DNA of 64,000 bases from Amoebophrya sp. A120 (GCA_905178155.1 CAJINV010000027.1:185697-249696); one strand, 5' to 3'. Positions 25,201 to 38,500 are shown, numbered from the stretch's first letter. Made by a program: numbers and translations. The notes: generated by a model not told the origin, from the sequence alone.

Positions 25201-28200
25201 AGATTTGCAATCACAGGAAGATTTGTAATGTGCACCCCCATGAGAGGCATTTTCAATCGTGTTTTGGACTTTGTAATACTGTAAACAGGATGAGTAGATG
25301 GCTTTGTGATGTGGCTGCACGTGCGAGACTGCACTACCTTACGGACTGAAGGTTGTCATGCGTGACTCCCAAAACTCCTAGGTTTGTGTTGCAAAATCCC
25401 CTTCTTGACTCTGGTGATGTGGGGACGTTTTTACTCAGGATACGTCACGGGCGTTTTGGTGTCCGTCCCATGCACGGCCTTATCGCAAGAAAAAAGTGTT
25501 ACAGTTACACATTGTGTTGCAGGCCAAGCAAGACAGACCAGCTCTGTCATGCCGGATACGCATAGAAGCCGCGTTTCATAGGTGTTTTCCCGTAGAATTT
25601 CTGCATTACAAGTTTTCTCTCTACTTATGCAGAGAAATTTGTGTTGCTGAATTGATTACAAATGTGTAACTGTAACACTTTTCTCCTGGGATAGGCCTTC
25701 CTACTGCTCTACTGGAGCCGCTGCTCGGAGTGCAACCGGCCGCTGCACTACTGGATCCTGATACACACCTGCTATCAATAGGAAAAATTCCCCCTTTTCA
25801 TACAGAAAAAGTACATTTTTGGAAATTTGTGATGCTGATTTGTGGTGACAAATCGTGTCTGTCTTGCAAGAAGGCAAGTCCGCAGGCTCCGCCGCATTAC
25901 GCAGGCGGCTTGTCATGCTGTTGGGCCTACAGCGCGGATGTTTTTCCTGCTAAGTGCCTAAGCCAGAACCTCGCTCCTCGCAATTGATGCGGGCCTTCAG
26001 GGCTCTCCAGCAAGACAGCGCGGATTTTTGTACACAAATCCAGCACGAGAAATTTCGTTTTGATATGGTGAGGGGGGACTCTTCCTTTCGATACCTGCCT
26101 GCTCGTGTTCCAAACGCCGGTATTTTGGCCAGTGGTGTAGTTTTTGATGAAAAAAAATTTTTAGAAGCAAGCGAAAATGAATGTACAGCAAGTAGCGAAG
26201 CGCAAATTGTGCGTTATATTCTGCAATTGAACCATCAGGTCCGCGTCGTTTTCTGCTATTCCATTATGGCGGAGGAACGCGCTGGTAGCGACCCTGGGCG
26301 GTTGGATATGATGATGAAACTGAGTGATATACTAATCGGAAATTTGTGTTTGTGATGCGGATTTTAGCACGATTACAACATTTGTCATGCGCTACAACGC
26401 ATTCCGAATTTCCCTTTCCGCGTCGCTTATTATGATCATTCTGTTTCAACCTCATACCCCAGCAATTGGTTCGGAGGCTAACTTCCGCGCGGGTACGACG
26501 ATGCACAACTCCCCCTCCCCCTTATTTGTCATGCAAAGTACCAGATCCACACCTTGCGTCTTGGCACTCTTTACATGACAGATTCTGGTAGCCCAAATTG
26601 CAGCACTACACTTCTCTGGTGCAAATTTGTCATGCAAAACCGGCACTCTTGCTGATGCTTGTATTCCTGTTCATGCTATACAAATGAGGATCAAGGGGGG
26701 TTGCGCACTCTCATAGCGGGCGTGGAAAATGTCGAAGCTCATCTCTATCGCGACATACCTCTGGTTCGTGTATGGAATGCGTGTGAAGAACTACTCGATT
26801 TGTGCAGCTGTTTGTCATGCATAGTAGCAGTTACACTACAGCTCCTGTGACGTATCGTTGTAGCTTCCTGAACAGGAATACCATCACAAGCATCACAAAA
26901 TTCAGTTCTTCATTGAAAGTCTATACCTCCCTGGGTTTAGTGTGGGTGCTGAACAGCTCGCATTGCCCCCAGTGTCCGGGCTTGTACAGGTATAGTGTGA
27001 AAAATACGTTGGATGTGTTATGCGGAAAAATACGTTAACTGTCGAAAGCATCATCCCCTCCATCAGGCAGCTACAATTTTGTTTGTCATGCACCATGCGC
27101 ATAGGACTGACAATGAATTTGTGTTGCGAGTTCAGAAACGAAAATGAACGACAGGTTGGTGATCGCTGTCATTCTTACCGCGATTATCCGGCTGCTGGTG
27201 ACGATATCAAAACTGTGCACCACTAGTTCATCTCTAGTATAGTAAGGTTCCGAAGTTTGTCATGCATGTTCAGCGTTGCAAATGGACAATCGGGTTCGAG
27301 GCATAATGGAGTAGGCATTCTCGCATGAAAAACTTGTGTGAAGAACAACCGATCACTCCAACTAGAGGAACTTTCGCCCTCGCATACTCTCTCGTCTGCT
27401 TCTACCAGTGCTTTCCCATCCGCCCGAGATTGATGAACCTCGGCTTCCTCCAGAGACCCCAGCGGCCGGTCGGCATCACGGATGAGCAACTGGAAATGCT
27501 CGGTCAGTGGAAATACACGACGTCTTCATCAGCGAGCGGTTCTACTGCAGAGGCAGCAACGTCGTCGACGTCCTCGGGTAGCGATAACTCCAGTACCGAA
27601 TCGGATCGTACAAAAGGGTGTGTGAATAAACCCAACTCCGCGACGACGGATCAAGAGCTGCAAGTCACCGAGACGACCGGAGAAAAGGTCCAGCGAACTC
27701 CAAAAACCCCAACAGCCGCCGTAAACGGCCGAGCAGACGAGGACTCGGGGGTCGGCAGATCAGCAGTGGACGAGCAGCGACAAGGCAGCAACGGGCAGAA
27801 GGAACAAGAACATGCAGCGGAAGTGCAAAATATTGAACCTGCTGGTGCGACAAAGTCATCAAGTACTACGACTTCTACATCGACAGACCTGGTACAACTC
27901 GCAGGGGCTGGAGCAGTGGAGCCGGCGGGGACCACGTCTACCACAACCAAAACCACCACCGCTCCCTCCTCACCAGATGACATCACGTCGTCAAAAGCAA
28001 CAGGTGCTGCTGTCGCAGAAAAATCAAGTCAGGTAGACAATACGGCGTCGGAGAGGAGAGCAGAAAGTACTAGTAACACTGAGACAGGAAAACAAGATGA
28101 ATCCTCCGGGAAATCCTCTACGGCAGGTAGTAACACACCTCTATCAAATGCAAAAATGTCTGGGTCTGGAAGAATGCAGACTTGTCATGCATATTTTGTG

Positions 28201-28864
28201 TGATGATTAATGCCTCTAATGCATGAACTAGCAACGCAGATTTTTAGAGGGCTCCCTAATGCCTATTCCGCATGAAAAATACCCTCTCCGCGAAACACAA
28301 ACAGGAGTCCTGTTGCTGGTCATGCAATACAGATTTTTTTGGAATCCAGAGACAGCATTACAAGTTGCATTCTTCCAGACCCAGACATTTTTGCATTTCA
28401 TAACCTCCGCAGCTAAACCACGACACGTGCGCGGTGTGCTTGTCGGAATTTGCGGACGGCGACATCGTGCGGACGCTCCCGTGTGCGCACATCTTCCACC
28501 AACCCTGCATCGATAAATGGCTGAAGAAGAACCGATATGGATTGCAAAAATGTCTGGGTTTGGAAGATTCCAACTTGTAATGCTGTCTTTGGATTCCAAA
28601 AAAATTTGTATTGCGTGACCAGCAACAGGAGCCCAGTTTGTGTTACGTGGAGAGGGCATTTCTCATGCGGAATAGGCATTAGGAAGCCCTCTAAAAATCT
28701 GTGTTGCTAGATCATGCATTAGAGGCATCAACCATCATACAAAATATGCATGACAAGTCTGCATTCTTCCAGATCCAGACATTCTTGCATTTGATAACCG
28801 AAAGTGCCCACTTTGCCTCCAGGATGTCTTGGTCCTGTTGGAGCGGCGGAAGAAAAATGATTGA
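13265..28864 (+). CDS. Transmembrane RING-H2 E3 ubiquitin ligase; exons 24284-28864 well supported, 5' exons at 13265-13582 tentative
   Basis: Spliced frame: [21 protein letters not shown]...[63 protein letters not shown]...[58 protein letters not shown], then a Ser/Thr-rich linker, then [41 protein letters not shown] (C3H2C3 RING-H2). Stop at 28862-28864. The upstream exon pair reads [12 protein letters not shown]. Confidence 0.8.
13660..19862. repeat. Tandem array, 286-bp dimer of two about 143-bp monomers, about 21 dimers, with a 45-bp palindrome per monomer
   Basis: 286-bp period. Palindrome tgcatctggccagcggaagttt-g-aaacttccgctggccagatgca is perfect in one monomer and has 2 mismatches in the other. 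Confidence 0.97.
19863..21275. repeat. Tandem array, 113-bp unit, about 12.5 copies
   Basis: gagacaaacacacacgaccggg...gtagctccgaaacacggg...gccgccccaaa recurs every 113 bp and abuts the 286-bp array directly. Confidence 0.96.
21865..24230. repeat. Higher-order satellite: about 92-bp diverged monomers, 5 per about 462-bp unit
   Basis: A conserved aatttgtggaaccacg...ttaggttc block recurs every 90-97 bp. The same variable segment recurs at 22477, 22940, 23402 and 23871. Confidence 0.92.
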
Positions 28865-29226
28865 AAGAGAATTTCAGCTGAATATGTTACCTCCTTACCG
28901 CACGTTTTGTTACGCTACCAAGCCAAGCGGGAAAGTACTTCTTAGCGGCTACTAGTAGTCTTATCTTCTTCTTTTGCTCTAGCCAGCACCAGTGCGCGTT
29001 TTGCGCGCTGAACCGGTAGTGTTAAAACCAGGTCTTCCAACCACGTCGTGAAAACAAGACACAAAGATACAGACACGCGAATGAAGTGGAACTTGAAAAG
29101 ATGATGCGAGTAGTAGATTTTGGTCTTCACTTTACTTTTTGAATCAAACCGGCACGTGCTGACAGAAATAAGTACGTGCATCTGGTCGTCGTCGTGACAG
29201 GACGCGTTCCTCGTCAGGGCGGCAGC

Positions 29227-29936
29227 GTTGCCTCACACTGCACCAAAATCGCACGACAGGAAGCCCATTTGGCTTCTGAAAAAACTAATTGTCCCGATAT
29301 CGGGACATTTAGTTTTCGGGCACGGTTTTGCAGCTGTCAGAACAGCAGCATTCCATCGGGGAAGGGGGAATTTTGTGATGCTCATAGCATCACACCTCCG
29401 CGCCCCGGGAGTCGCGGCAGCTTCGACCTGGGTTGCCTCATACTGCACCAAAATCGCATGACACGAAGCCGATTTGGCTTCTGAAAAAACTAATTGTCCC
29501 GATATCGGGACAATTAGTTTTCGGGAACGGCTGTGCAGCTGTCAGAGCAGCAGCACTCCATCGGGGGAAGGGGCAACTTGTGAGGCTCATAGCATCCCAC
29601 CTCCGCGCCCCGGGACTCGCGGCAGCTTCGACCTGGGTTGCCTCATACTGCACCAAAATCGCATGGCGCGAAGCCTATTTGGCTTCTGAAAAAACTAATT
29701 GTCCCGATATCGGGACAATTAGTTTTTGGGAATGGTTTTGCAGCTGTCAGAACAGCAGCATTCCATCGGGGGAAAGGGAGTTTTGTGATGCTCATAGCAT
29801 CCCACCTCCGCGCCCCGGGACTCGCGGCAGCTTCGACCTGGGTTGCCTCATACTGCACCAAAATCGCATGACACGAAGCCTATTTGGCTTCTGAAAAAAC
29901 TAATTGTCCCGATATCGGGACAATTAGTTTTTTCGG
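29227..29936. repeat. Tandem array, 205-bp unit, about 3.5 copies, with a 36-42-bp palindrome per unit (intergenic)
   Basis: aaaactaattgtcccgat|atcgggacaattagtttt; 205-bp period. Confidence 0.95.
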
Positions 29937-30369
29937 AAGGGAAGTGTGACTAGTTTGGGTCGATTTTGGTGCACATCGTGCGGAGGACCTTTTTTTGCGT
30001 GATTTCTCGGTCCCGAGCTACGGCATCTTCTCGTTGCGCATGTCCCTCGGCATGGGCAAAAAACGCAACTACGAAGTCGTGAAAGTGTTCACTTTTCGTT
30101 TTTTTCCGGCACATAGGTGCAGCGAAATGGTTTCGAAACTGTACACAAAGCATTTTTTCAAGACCCCGACACAGGGTATTAGTTCTCTTCGAGGTGCAGC
30201 ATTGTCTACAGAAATGAACCAACGATATCCCGCACAAGACATTTTGTTCAACCTGTGCGCGTTAGAAGAGGAAGAAAGGGTCGAAACAAATTTACCGAAA
30301 TTTGTGAAATTTACCAACATTTTTCTCCGGCCGCTGAACTGGACTAGAGACAACTTAGAGCCACGCAAG

Positions 30370-32380
30370 ATGTTGTCGCTGAAGCGTCCTTTTCGTAACA
30401 TAGAGCCCATGAGGCGCCATGTAGCCCTCTGTGCCTCACACACGACGACCATTGCAGGCCCAGGCACCCCGGACGGGCGTCTTGCTTTTACCCTCCAAAG
30501 ACGAACCCATGTAGCCGCATCGCGGGCCTCCAACATGCGGAATCTTCACGGGTACCGCCTCAGGCCCTGCCGGTTTTTCGTGAACTCCTGCTACAGGAGA
30601 AACGTGGTGCCAAAGGGAGGTGGTCCTTTGCCATGTGCAACAAGAAGGGCTTCTTCTTCTTCATCGCGCACTTTCAGTTCGACCGCTTCGGATGCAGCGA
30701 CTTCGGGGTCGTCTGCTGCTGGAGCAACTACTTCGTCGAGCACACAAAGTGCGAGTCCGACTGGTCCGTCAACATCTACGTCTTCATCCTCTTCTAACAA
30801 CACAGCCAAATCCTTAGCCGCAACACTAGCCCTGGGCATGGGCCTGGCGTACTTTACCTACGACAAGATTGTGGACAGCAATTACGAGAAACTGAAAACG
30901 GCGTTGGAGCAGCCCAAGTACGTCTTCGACTGGGATCCAACGAGGTGGAGCGTGCCAAACGACGAGGAATTGGTGCTGGATATCGGGCGGAAAGAGATCA
31001 TTCTGGTATACGATATGCCGTTGAGAAACGCATCATACACGACTTTGGCGTTATAGAAAAAATTGTAGGACAGCACCCTCGCATGACAAATCCGAAAATT
31101 ATACCCATACTGCGACGGCATGAGAAATATTAAACCTCTCTGTCAAAGTAGGTTCGCCACGGTCAGTACCACACGCGGGCCCTCCAAGACGACGGCCGCA
31201 CCCTGACCAAGCTCGGTGAGGAGCAGGCAAGGCTCACCGGCGAGCGGCTTTTCGACCTCCTTTCCGCGGACGGGCTATTCCCGATTCGCAGGCCGAATTG
31301 CACGATTAAGTGCTTCCAGTCTTCACTCACCCGCGCGACGCAGACCGCCGACATTGCCACCAGGGTGATGAATGAGAAGATGGGGAATCTAGTCGAGAAA
31401 CTCATGCAGCACCAGAAAATCGTCGCGAATAGAGAACAAAACCATGACGGGAATAACAGATCTGGTGGCGGTGGTGGGCTGCACACTCTACTCAACAATG
31501 GGTCGTCGGCAGCAGCGCGAAATAATTCTCCAGGAAGCAACGAGGACTCATCGGAACTCAGCGCGGAGGCCGCCGAGGTAGCGGATTCTCTCCGACTCAG
31601 TGCGGAAACAAACGCGGATATCGCAGAGGGCCTTCCGTGCATCCCCGACCCCGATCCTCAGCACGGGAAGCGTAGTACGACCAACAAAACCAGTCAGGAC
31701 CGGATCCGCGGGGCGTTTAACCAGATCTTCCGCGTGCCGCAAGGGACCAACATCGAGCACATTTCGACCAACATCTACTTCTGCCACGCCAACGTGATCC
31801 GGTATTTCGTCCTTATCAAACGTAAAAATGTCTGGGTCTGGAAGATTGCGAGATTTGTCATGCTGATCTGGCATGGCCCTTAAATCTGTATTGCGTGGCC
31901 ACAAACAGCCTCTCTCGCCTGTCATGCAAAAACGCAGTTTCTCATGCGGAATACGCAGCACAGAAGCACGAAGCAACTTGTCATGCTTGGCGGCGCATTA
32001 CAGTTCATTTGTATATTGACTGACTTGCATCACAAGTTTCCAGACTCAGACATTTTTCCATTTAATAGTCCTCCGCGCACTGCAACTCGACGAACGCGCG
32101 TGGCTGCGGTTGAGCGTGGCGCACGCATATCCTTTGCAAAAGTATCGTACTCGTATAGATGCAAATCGTGCATTACAAATCTTGTTTCCAAGGCAAATCT
32201 GCATAACAAATTTTATTTCTCATGCTGAGGAAATTTGTAATGCATTTATACGAGTACGATAGTACTTTTGGAGTTCATAACGCATCTGTCGTGTGGATTT
32301 CGCTAGATCATGACGGTTACGTGTCAGTGCGCCTGCTCGGGGACGCAGGGCATTTACCTGTTCAGAAGTTGACGTACTGA
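30370..32380 (+). CDS. PGAM5: PGAM5-like histidine-phosphatase-superfamily protein phosphatase, probably mitochondrial; start codon uncertain
   Basis: Spliced: IILVRHGQY...LTKLGEEQARLTGERL...SSLTRATQTA...IAEGLP..PDP...RIRGAFNQIF...[34 protein letters not shown]...VSVRLLGDAGHLP..KLTY*. One GT-AG intron (31006-31151) and two introners (31814-32067, 32128-32279). A hydrophobic segment precedes the domain. Confidence 0.88.
32128..32279. mobile_element. Introner/MITE family F, short (about 150 bp); TIR about TATNNNTTGCAAAAGTATCGTACTCGTA
   Basis: TSD acgca. Other copies: 3929-4095, 45071-45229, 46151-46295, 50658-50807 (opposite orientation); decayed copies at 52865-53038 and about 61250-61376. 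Confidence 0.85.
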
Positions 32381-32973
32381 TGAAAAAGCATAGAGGACAA
32401 CACTAGCTTCTAGATACGGACTTTCACTTCAATATCTTTTACAACCCGCCCCGCGAGACCATAGTGAATAGCTCCTTGCGGGAGAGCAGACGAAGAACCG
32501 TCGAACAGCATTATTCTGATAAGCGCTACAACCAAGAACGCGGATAAAGTACTGAAAGTGACTGTGAACCATGATCGCATTTTTGCACGAAAACGACGCA
32601 AATCTGTTGAGAAACGAATCGTTGCACGAGGAGGTGCAGCAGCTGCACAAGAACCACGAAATTGTTCACAAAAGTAGGATGACACTCAGGTTTTTTTTCT
32701 GCGGAGCAACTACGCTGTGTTTTGAGAGGTCTTTTTTTTTCTTGCTGAGCGCGGAGCGTGCGAGGAAACAGGTCGCTAAAATCAAATGATGAACTACATG
32801 TATCTACTAAACCTAGGAGCTGCTGCAAAAAGAATCTTCAAGATGGGGCAGCGACATGATGTCTTTGCTAGGAACCGCCGAGGTGAGGCTGCTGGTGTGT
32901 TGCGAGGTGAGTCGCACTATTGGTAGAAATATACCGGTAAATTATTTGCTGGCCACGGCAGGAAACCGCGACG

Positions 32974-35296
32974 ATGCACCGTCTCCTCGACCTCACGCCG
33001 GTGCTTTCCTCCTCCGGAACCAAAAAATCCCGTACTTCCCCCAGCAGCTCCAGTCCGAGCAAGCGGCGCAAGCCACCCCTGTATTCGCTCTCTCCGACGA
33101 GGCAACGGGATTTGGAAACGGAGTTTGGGTTAGAGGATGATCCTGATTTCGCCGCGGACTTTCAATCCTTCTGGGCGAAGGAACAAAAGCGGAAGCCGAA
33201 AATTATTTTAGAAGAGCAGGCAGGACGAGGAGAAGCACCATCTATAAAGCGCGAGCCGCATGACAAACTCGCGGTGGGGGTGCGAGAAGATGGGAATCAA
33301 GGCGTCGGAATTGTGAAGCAGGAACCGCATGACAAATCTTCCACCGCGGCACCGACGAGAGTAGTGGAGATGAAGCAGCACATATTACAGCTCGCCGGCA
33401 ATCCACAGGACGTGGAGGTTTGTGAAGATGGTACAACATCACATTCTCCGGCGTTATCTTCTTCTTCTTCTTCTGCAAGAGGAAGCGCGGATGTAAATAT
33501 AGTCGGTGCGAAACCGCATTACAAATCAGCCCAGCCGATAAAGCGGTATGCGGATATTCTGAAGGAATTGCAGAACATCAAAACGACGAGTAAGACAGGT
33601 GGAAGCAGCCCGAGTGTTCGGGGGAAGAAGGAACACCAAGCGGTTGGGACTACAACGGGCAGCAGTATGAAAAAGCCGATCTCTTGTTCTACGACTACGA
33701 ACAACCCGGAATACGAGGACGACAAGCCGCTGGAGTGCCACGCCCAATTCCCCAACCCGGACTCGTTCCTGAAAGAGCTGCTCCGGAAAGACAGTGAAAG
33801 AGCGGTGAGGACAGGTACTAGCAGCTATGGAAAACGAACGCCAGGGGACGAGTACAACGACACAACGAGGACTACTTTGTCCCCTACTTGTCCACCCGGT
33901 GATCCGCTTTGCTTCGACAATCAAGATATCAAATGCAAAAATGTCTGGGTCTGGAAGGTTGCCAGGTTTGTCATGCATATTTTGCATGACTCAGGATGTC
34001 TGTATATGCATGACCTAGCATCACATATTTTTAGAGGCCTTCCTGATGCCTATCCCGCATGACAAATGCCCTCCCCACGTAGCACAAACTGGGCTCCTCT
34101 TGCTGGTCACGCAATACAGATTTTTTTAGCATCCAAAGTTAGCATCACAAGTTCCAACCTTCCAGACCCAGACACTTTTGCATTTGATACAAGACAGTGG
34201 GCACGACGGCGCTCGGTTTGTTTCTTCACCACAGCTTCGAGGGGCGAATTCTCCAATGCACGCGCCGTCTTCAGCTCCACCCAGGGGAGTTAGTTCGACG
34301 CAGCAGGAAAACTGTTATAAACGCGAACTCTACACCCTCCCCTACGGCGAGCAGATCTGCGTGACACAACAATCACCTCCGGCAAGACCAGTTGTCTCAT
34401 CGGTGTTATTTTCAACTAGAAACAATAGCCCGCCAGCGCGAAACAAGTCTGCGGTAAAAATCACGACAAGAAACAGTCCGCGGCAGAACTTGTTCTCGCC
34501 CAACAAACTAATTCACCCGAGCTCGCCGGAATCGCGGTCCTACCTGCGCGAACCCCCGGAGATATCGGTTGCTGCAGGGAGCAAGGGTGCCGCTGAGTCT
34601 TCCGGCGAAGATAATCACGAAAGCAAACATCTGGAAGAAATATCAAAAAGAAAAACGTCCCCACACCAAAGTCAAGATGGGAAATCTGCTAGACAAATCA
34701 AACAGCTTTGGTTGTTTCGCATGACAAGTTTCGATCCTACTTATTAGTGTAATCCTGTTTAGCGAGTTTAGCAGCATCACAGATTTCGCATATCATGCCA
34801 TTTCTAGCATCACAAATACCAAAAACGACTAGGAAAAGCTTCTCACGGGGCTTCGCATGAGGAACTTTGCACAAGTCTGGGCTGGGGACGTTTTTACTCG
34901 GAATAAGAAACCCGGCGTGCGCACGCGGAACAGGACCGGCTAGTGGCGAGGAAATGGCAGGCTACGCATTGCAAAAATGTCTGGGTCTGGAAGAATGCAG
35001 GTTTGTTATGCTTGTCTCACATGGGAGTTGAGTCTGTAATGCATGGGCAGGAAAGTAAAAGCCTCTTGCCTGTCATGCAAAAGCGCAGTTTGTCATGCAG
35101 AAAGCGAAACACAAAGGAGCCGGGAAACTTGTCACGCGTAGCTGCGTTCTGCAGTTGTACGCCCACCATTCTCAAACCAGCATATACAAGTTTCCCGACC
35201 CAGGCATGTTTGCAATGCATACAGGAGGAGAAGACGCGAATTGCGGAGAAGCGCAGGCAGGCGGAAGAATACGAAAAGAAGCGGAGCAAAATATGA
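32974..35296 (+). CDS. Hypothetical low-complexity protein with a charged C-terminus
   Basis: The long ORF continues in frame across introners 33927-34189 (TSD caaga), 34641-34905 (agaaa) and 34963-35221 (caggc/cagga) to ...AEEYEKKRSKI*. No domain recognised; start uncertain. Confidence 0.55.
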
Positions 35297-35595
35297 ATCG
35301 GTGAAAGATTTTTGGTACCGACCGTCGAGTTTGGATTTGCTACTTAGTTTTTACTTTTGCTCTTTAATATCTCTTGTCAGCAGGAATGCGTGCCCTGTTT
35401 GTTCATGAAACAGAGTGGCTGCGTGTAAGCTGCCGGAACCTCCCAGGCTTCTTTGTACAGATACCGATGGACTAGAGAGATTTTGCTTTCATGTCGTGCC
35501 TCGCTGAGCGTGAGCGACCGTCAAGTTTAGAATTCAAGACAGCATGACAAATTTTCAAAGAGCATCAGAACCGCATGACAAATCCATGTCGGTAC

Positions 35596-38500
35596 CGAAA
35601 TTCATCTTTTCCGAACGACAAAGACGAGTGCGGGCGGAGGACGTCAACCTGCTGGTGCAGCAACAGCACGCACGTACTCGTATTTCACTTTGATATACGA
35701 TTCGAAAATTTGTCATGGGAAATCTTACAGTGCAAGATCACCTTTGTCAGGCACAATCAGCAATATAAAAATGAAAAAAAATCGACAATCAATCCCAGGT
35801 GAACAGAGCCAGGTCACTTCGCCTGTCGGTATCCTGAGCAAGAACGTCCCCACCCAAGTTTTGCAATGCCAGGAACATTTGTAAACAGGTTTCTTGCCTC
35901 CACGCAGCTTCTCCGGTTGCTGCAATAGCAAGTCCTCCCCAGGCTCTATTTTACGGCATTGAACTTTCCCTCCGGAGAAAGTTCAAGGCCGTAAATTAGA
36001 GCCTGGGAACAGGTTTCTTGCCTCCACGCAGCTTTTCCGGTTGCTGCAATAGCAAGTCCTCCCCAGGCTCTATTTTACGGCATTGAACTTTCCCTCCGGA
36101 GAAAGTTCAAGGCCGTAAATTAGAGCCTGGGAACAGGTTTCTTGCCTCCACGCAGCTTTTCCGGTTGCTGCAATAGCAAGTCCTCCCCAGGCTCTATTTT
36201 ACGGCATTGAACTTTCCCTCCGGAGAAAGTTCAAGGCCGTAAATTAGAGCCTGGGAACAGGTTTCTTGCCTCCACGCAGCTTTTCCGGTTGCTGCAATAG
36301 CAAGTCCTCCCCAGGCTCTATTTTACGGCATTGAACTTTCCCTCCGGAGAAAGTTCAAGGCCGTAAATTAGAGCCTGGGAACAGGTTTCTTGCCTCCACG
36401 CAGCTTTTCCGGTTGCTGCAATAGCAAGTCCTCCCCAGGCTCTATTTTACGGCATTGAACTTTCCCTCCGGAGAAAGTTCAAGGCCGTAAATTAGAGCCT
36501 GGGAACAGGTTTCTTGCCTCCACGCAGCTTTTCCGGTTGCTGCAATAGCAAGTCCTCCCCAGGCTCTATTTTACGGCATTGAACTTTCCCTCCGGAGAAA
36601 GTTCAAGGCCGTAAATTAGAGCCTGGGAACAGGTTTCTTGCCTCCACGCAGCTTTTCCGGTTGCTGCAATAGCAAGTCCTCCCCAGGCTCTATTTTACGG
36701 CATTGAACTTTCCCTCCGGAGAAAGTTCAAGGCCGTAAATTAGAGCCTGGGAACAGGTTTCTTGCCTCCACGCAGCTTTTCCGGTTGCTGCAATAGCAAG
36801 TCCTCCCCAGGCTCTAATTTACGGCCTTGAACTTTGCCCGAAATTAGAGCCTGGGAACAGGTTTCTTGCCTCCACGCAGCTTTTCCGGCTGCTGCAATAG
36901 CAAGTCCTCCCCAGGCGCTATTTTACGGCATTGAACTTTCCCTCCGGGGAAAGTTCAAGGCCGTAAATTAGAGCCTGGGAACAGGTTTCTTGCCTCCACG
37001 CAGCTTCTCCGGTTGCTGCAATAGCAAGTCCTTCCCAGGCTCTATTTTACGGCATTGAACTTTCCCTCCGGGGAAAGTTCAAGGCCGTAAATTAGAGCCT
37101 GGGAACAGGTTTATTGCCTCCACGCAGCTTTTCCGGCTTCTGCAATAGCAAGTCATCCCCAGGCTCTATTTTACGGCATTGAAATTTTCCTCCGGAGAAC
37201 GTTCAAGGCCGTAAATTAGAGCCTGGTACATGCGCATCTACATCAGAGGCATTTCCAATCGTGTTTTGGCATTTGTAACCCTGTAAACAGGATGAGGAGA
37301 TGAGTTTGTCATGCGACCATCCTTCCTAACCTGCACTACACTACAAAGACGAACTTGTCACGCATGGCTTCCAAAACTCCTAGATTTGTGTTGCAGTAGA
37401 GTTCACAACTTGACTATGGGGTGGGGACGTTTTTACTCAGGATAGTCGGCCGGCGAACATCGGTACTATGACATGAGATCGTAGAGGTGGACGGAGTGCA
37501 TCTTCTACTTTTGTGGTTGCACAAGTTTGTAATGCAGCAATGGAAGAAGCATGTTTTTGCTTTTTTCGCATGCGCATGCGCAACTTGCGAAGCTCGCATT
37601 GCAAGCTCGAGTTCAAAAAGCCGTACATTCAGATTTTAGAAGTACTTCGTCCGCTAGTACTATCACATGGCATACTTGATCCGCCCAACGCAATACGGTG
37701 TAGGCCGGGCGACGATGGTGTCCTACAGCACCAGCGACAACGCAAACCCGGGTGGCACGTACGCATTGCAAATGTGGCTGGGTCACTGGAAAGTTGTCAT
37801 GCTATTCTCCAGATGTTGTTGACAAGCACAGGCAAATATAAAGCTGCCAAAGTTGAAAAGATTTCCAGCAGCTATCTGTTGCGTACCCCGCATGAGAAAT
37901 TGTCCCGTTTATTTCGCATGACAAATAAACATGCTGTTGCGTAGCACGAATCACAGATTCCAACGATGTCCTGCTACCCCAGCATTGGAAATCTTTCAAT
38001 GTTCATGTTCCAGACCACCGAGACAGATTTGCAATGCGTAGCATGGGGTTTAACACGACGATCTCTGAACGGGATTTTGACAACTTCAACCTGTCCGACG
38101 ATGAGGCAAAGTTATCAAAAGAAACTCTTTTTTATTCGAAGGCGGAAAATCCCTGGCCGGCAGACTTGATCTGTGGGGCGGAAAATCTTGGGAAAATTGT
38201 GCCAACTTTGGGCACCTCTCCTTGCCCGGTGCCGCGGCGGCCTGCGGTCGGGGGCATGTCCCAGATTTGGGCACCTCTCCTTGCCTGGAGCCGCGGCGGC
38301 CTGCGGTCGGGGGCATGTGCCAGATTTGGGCACCTCTCCTTGCCCGGAACCACGGCGGCCTGCGGTCGGGGGAATGTGCCAGATTTGGGCACCTCTCTTT
38401 AGCCGGAACCACAGCGGCCTGCGGTCGGGGGCATGTGCCAGGTTTGGGCGCCTCTCCTTGCCCGGAACCACGGCGGCCTGCGGTCGGGGGAATGTGCCAG

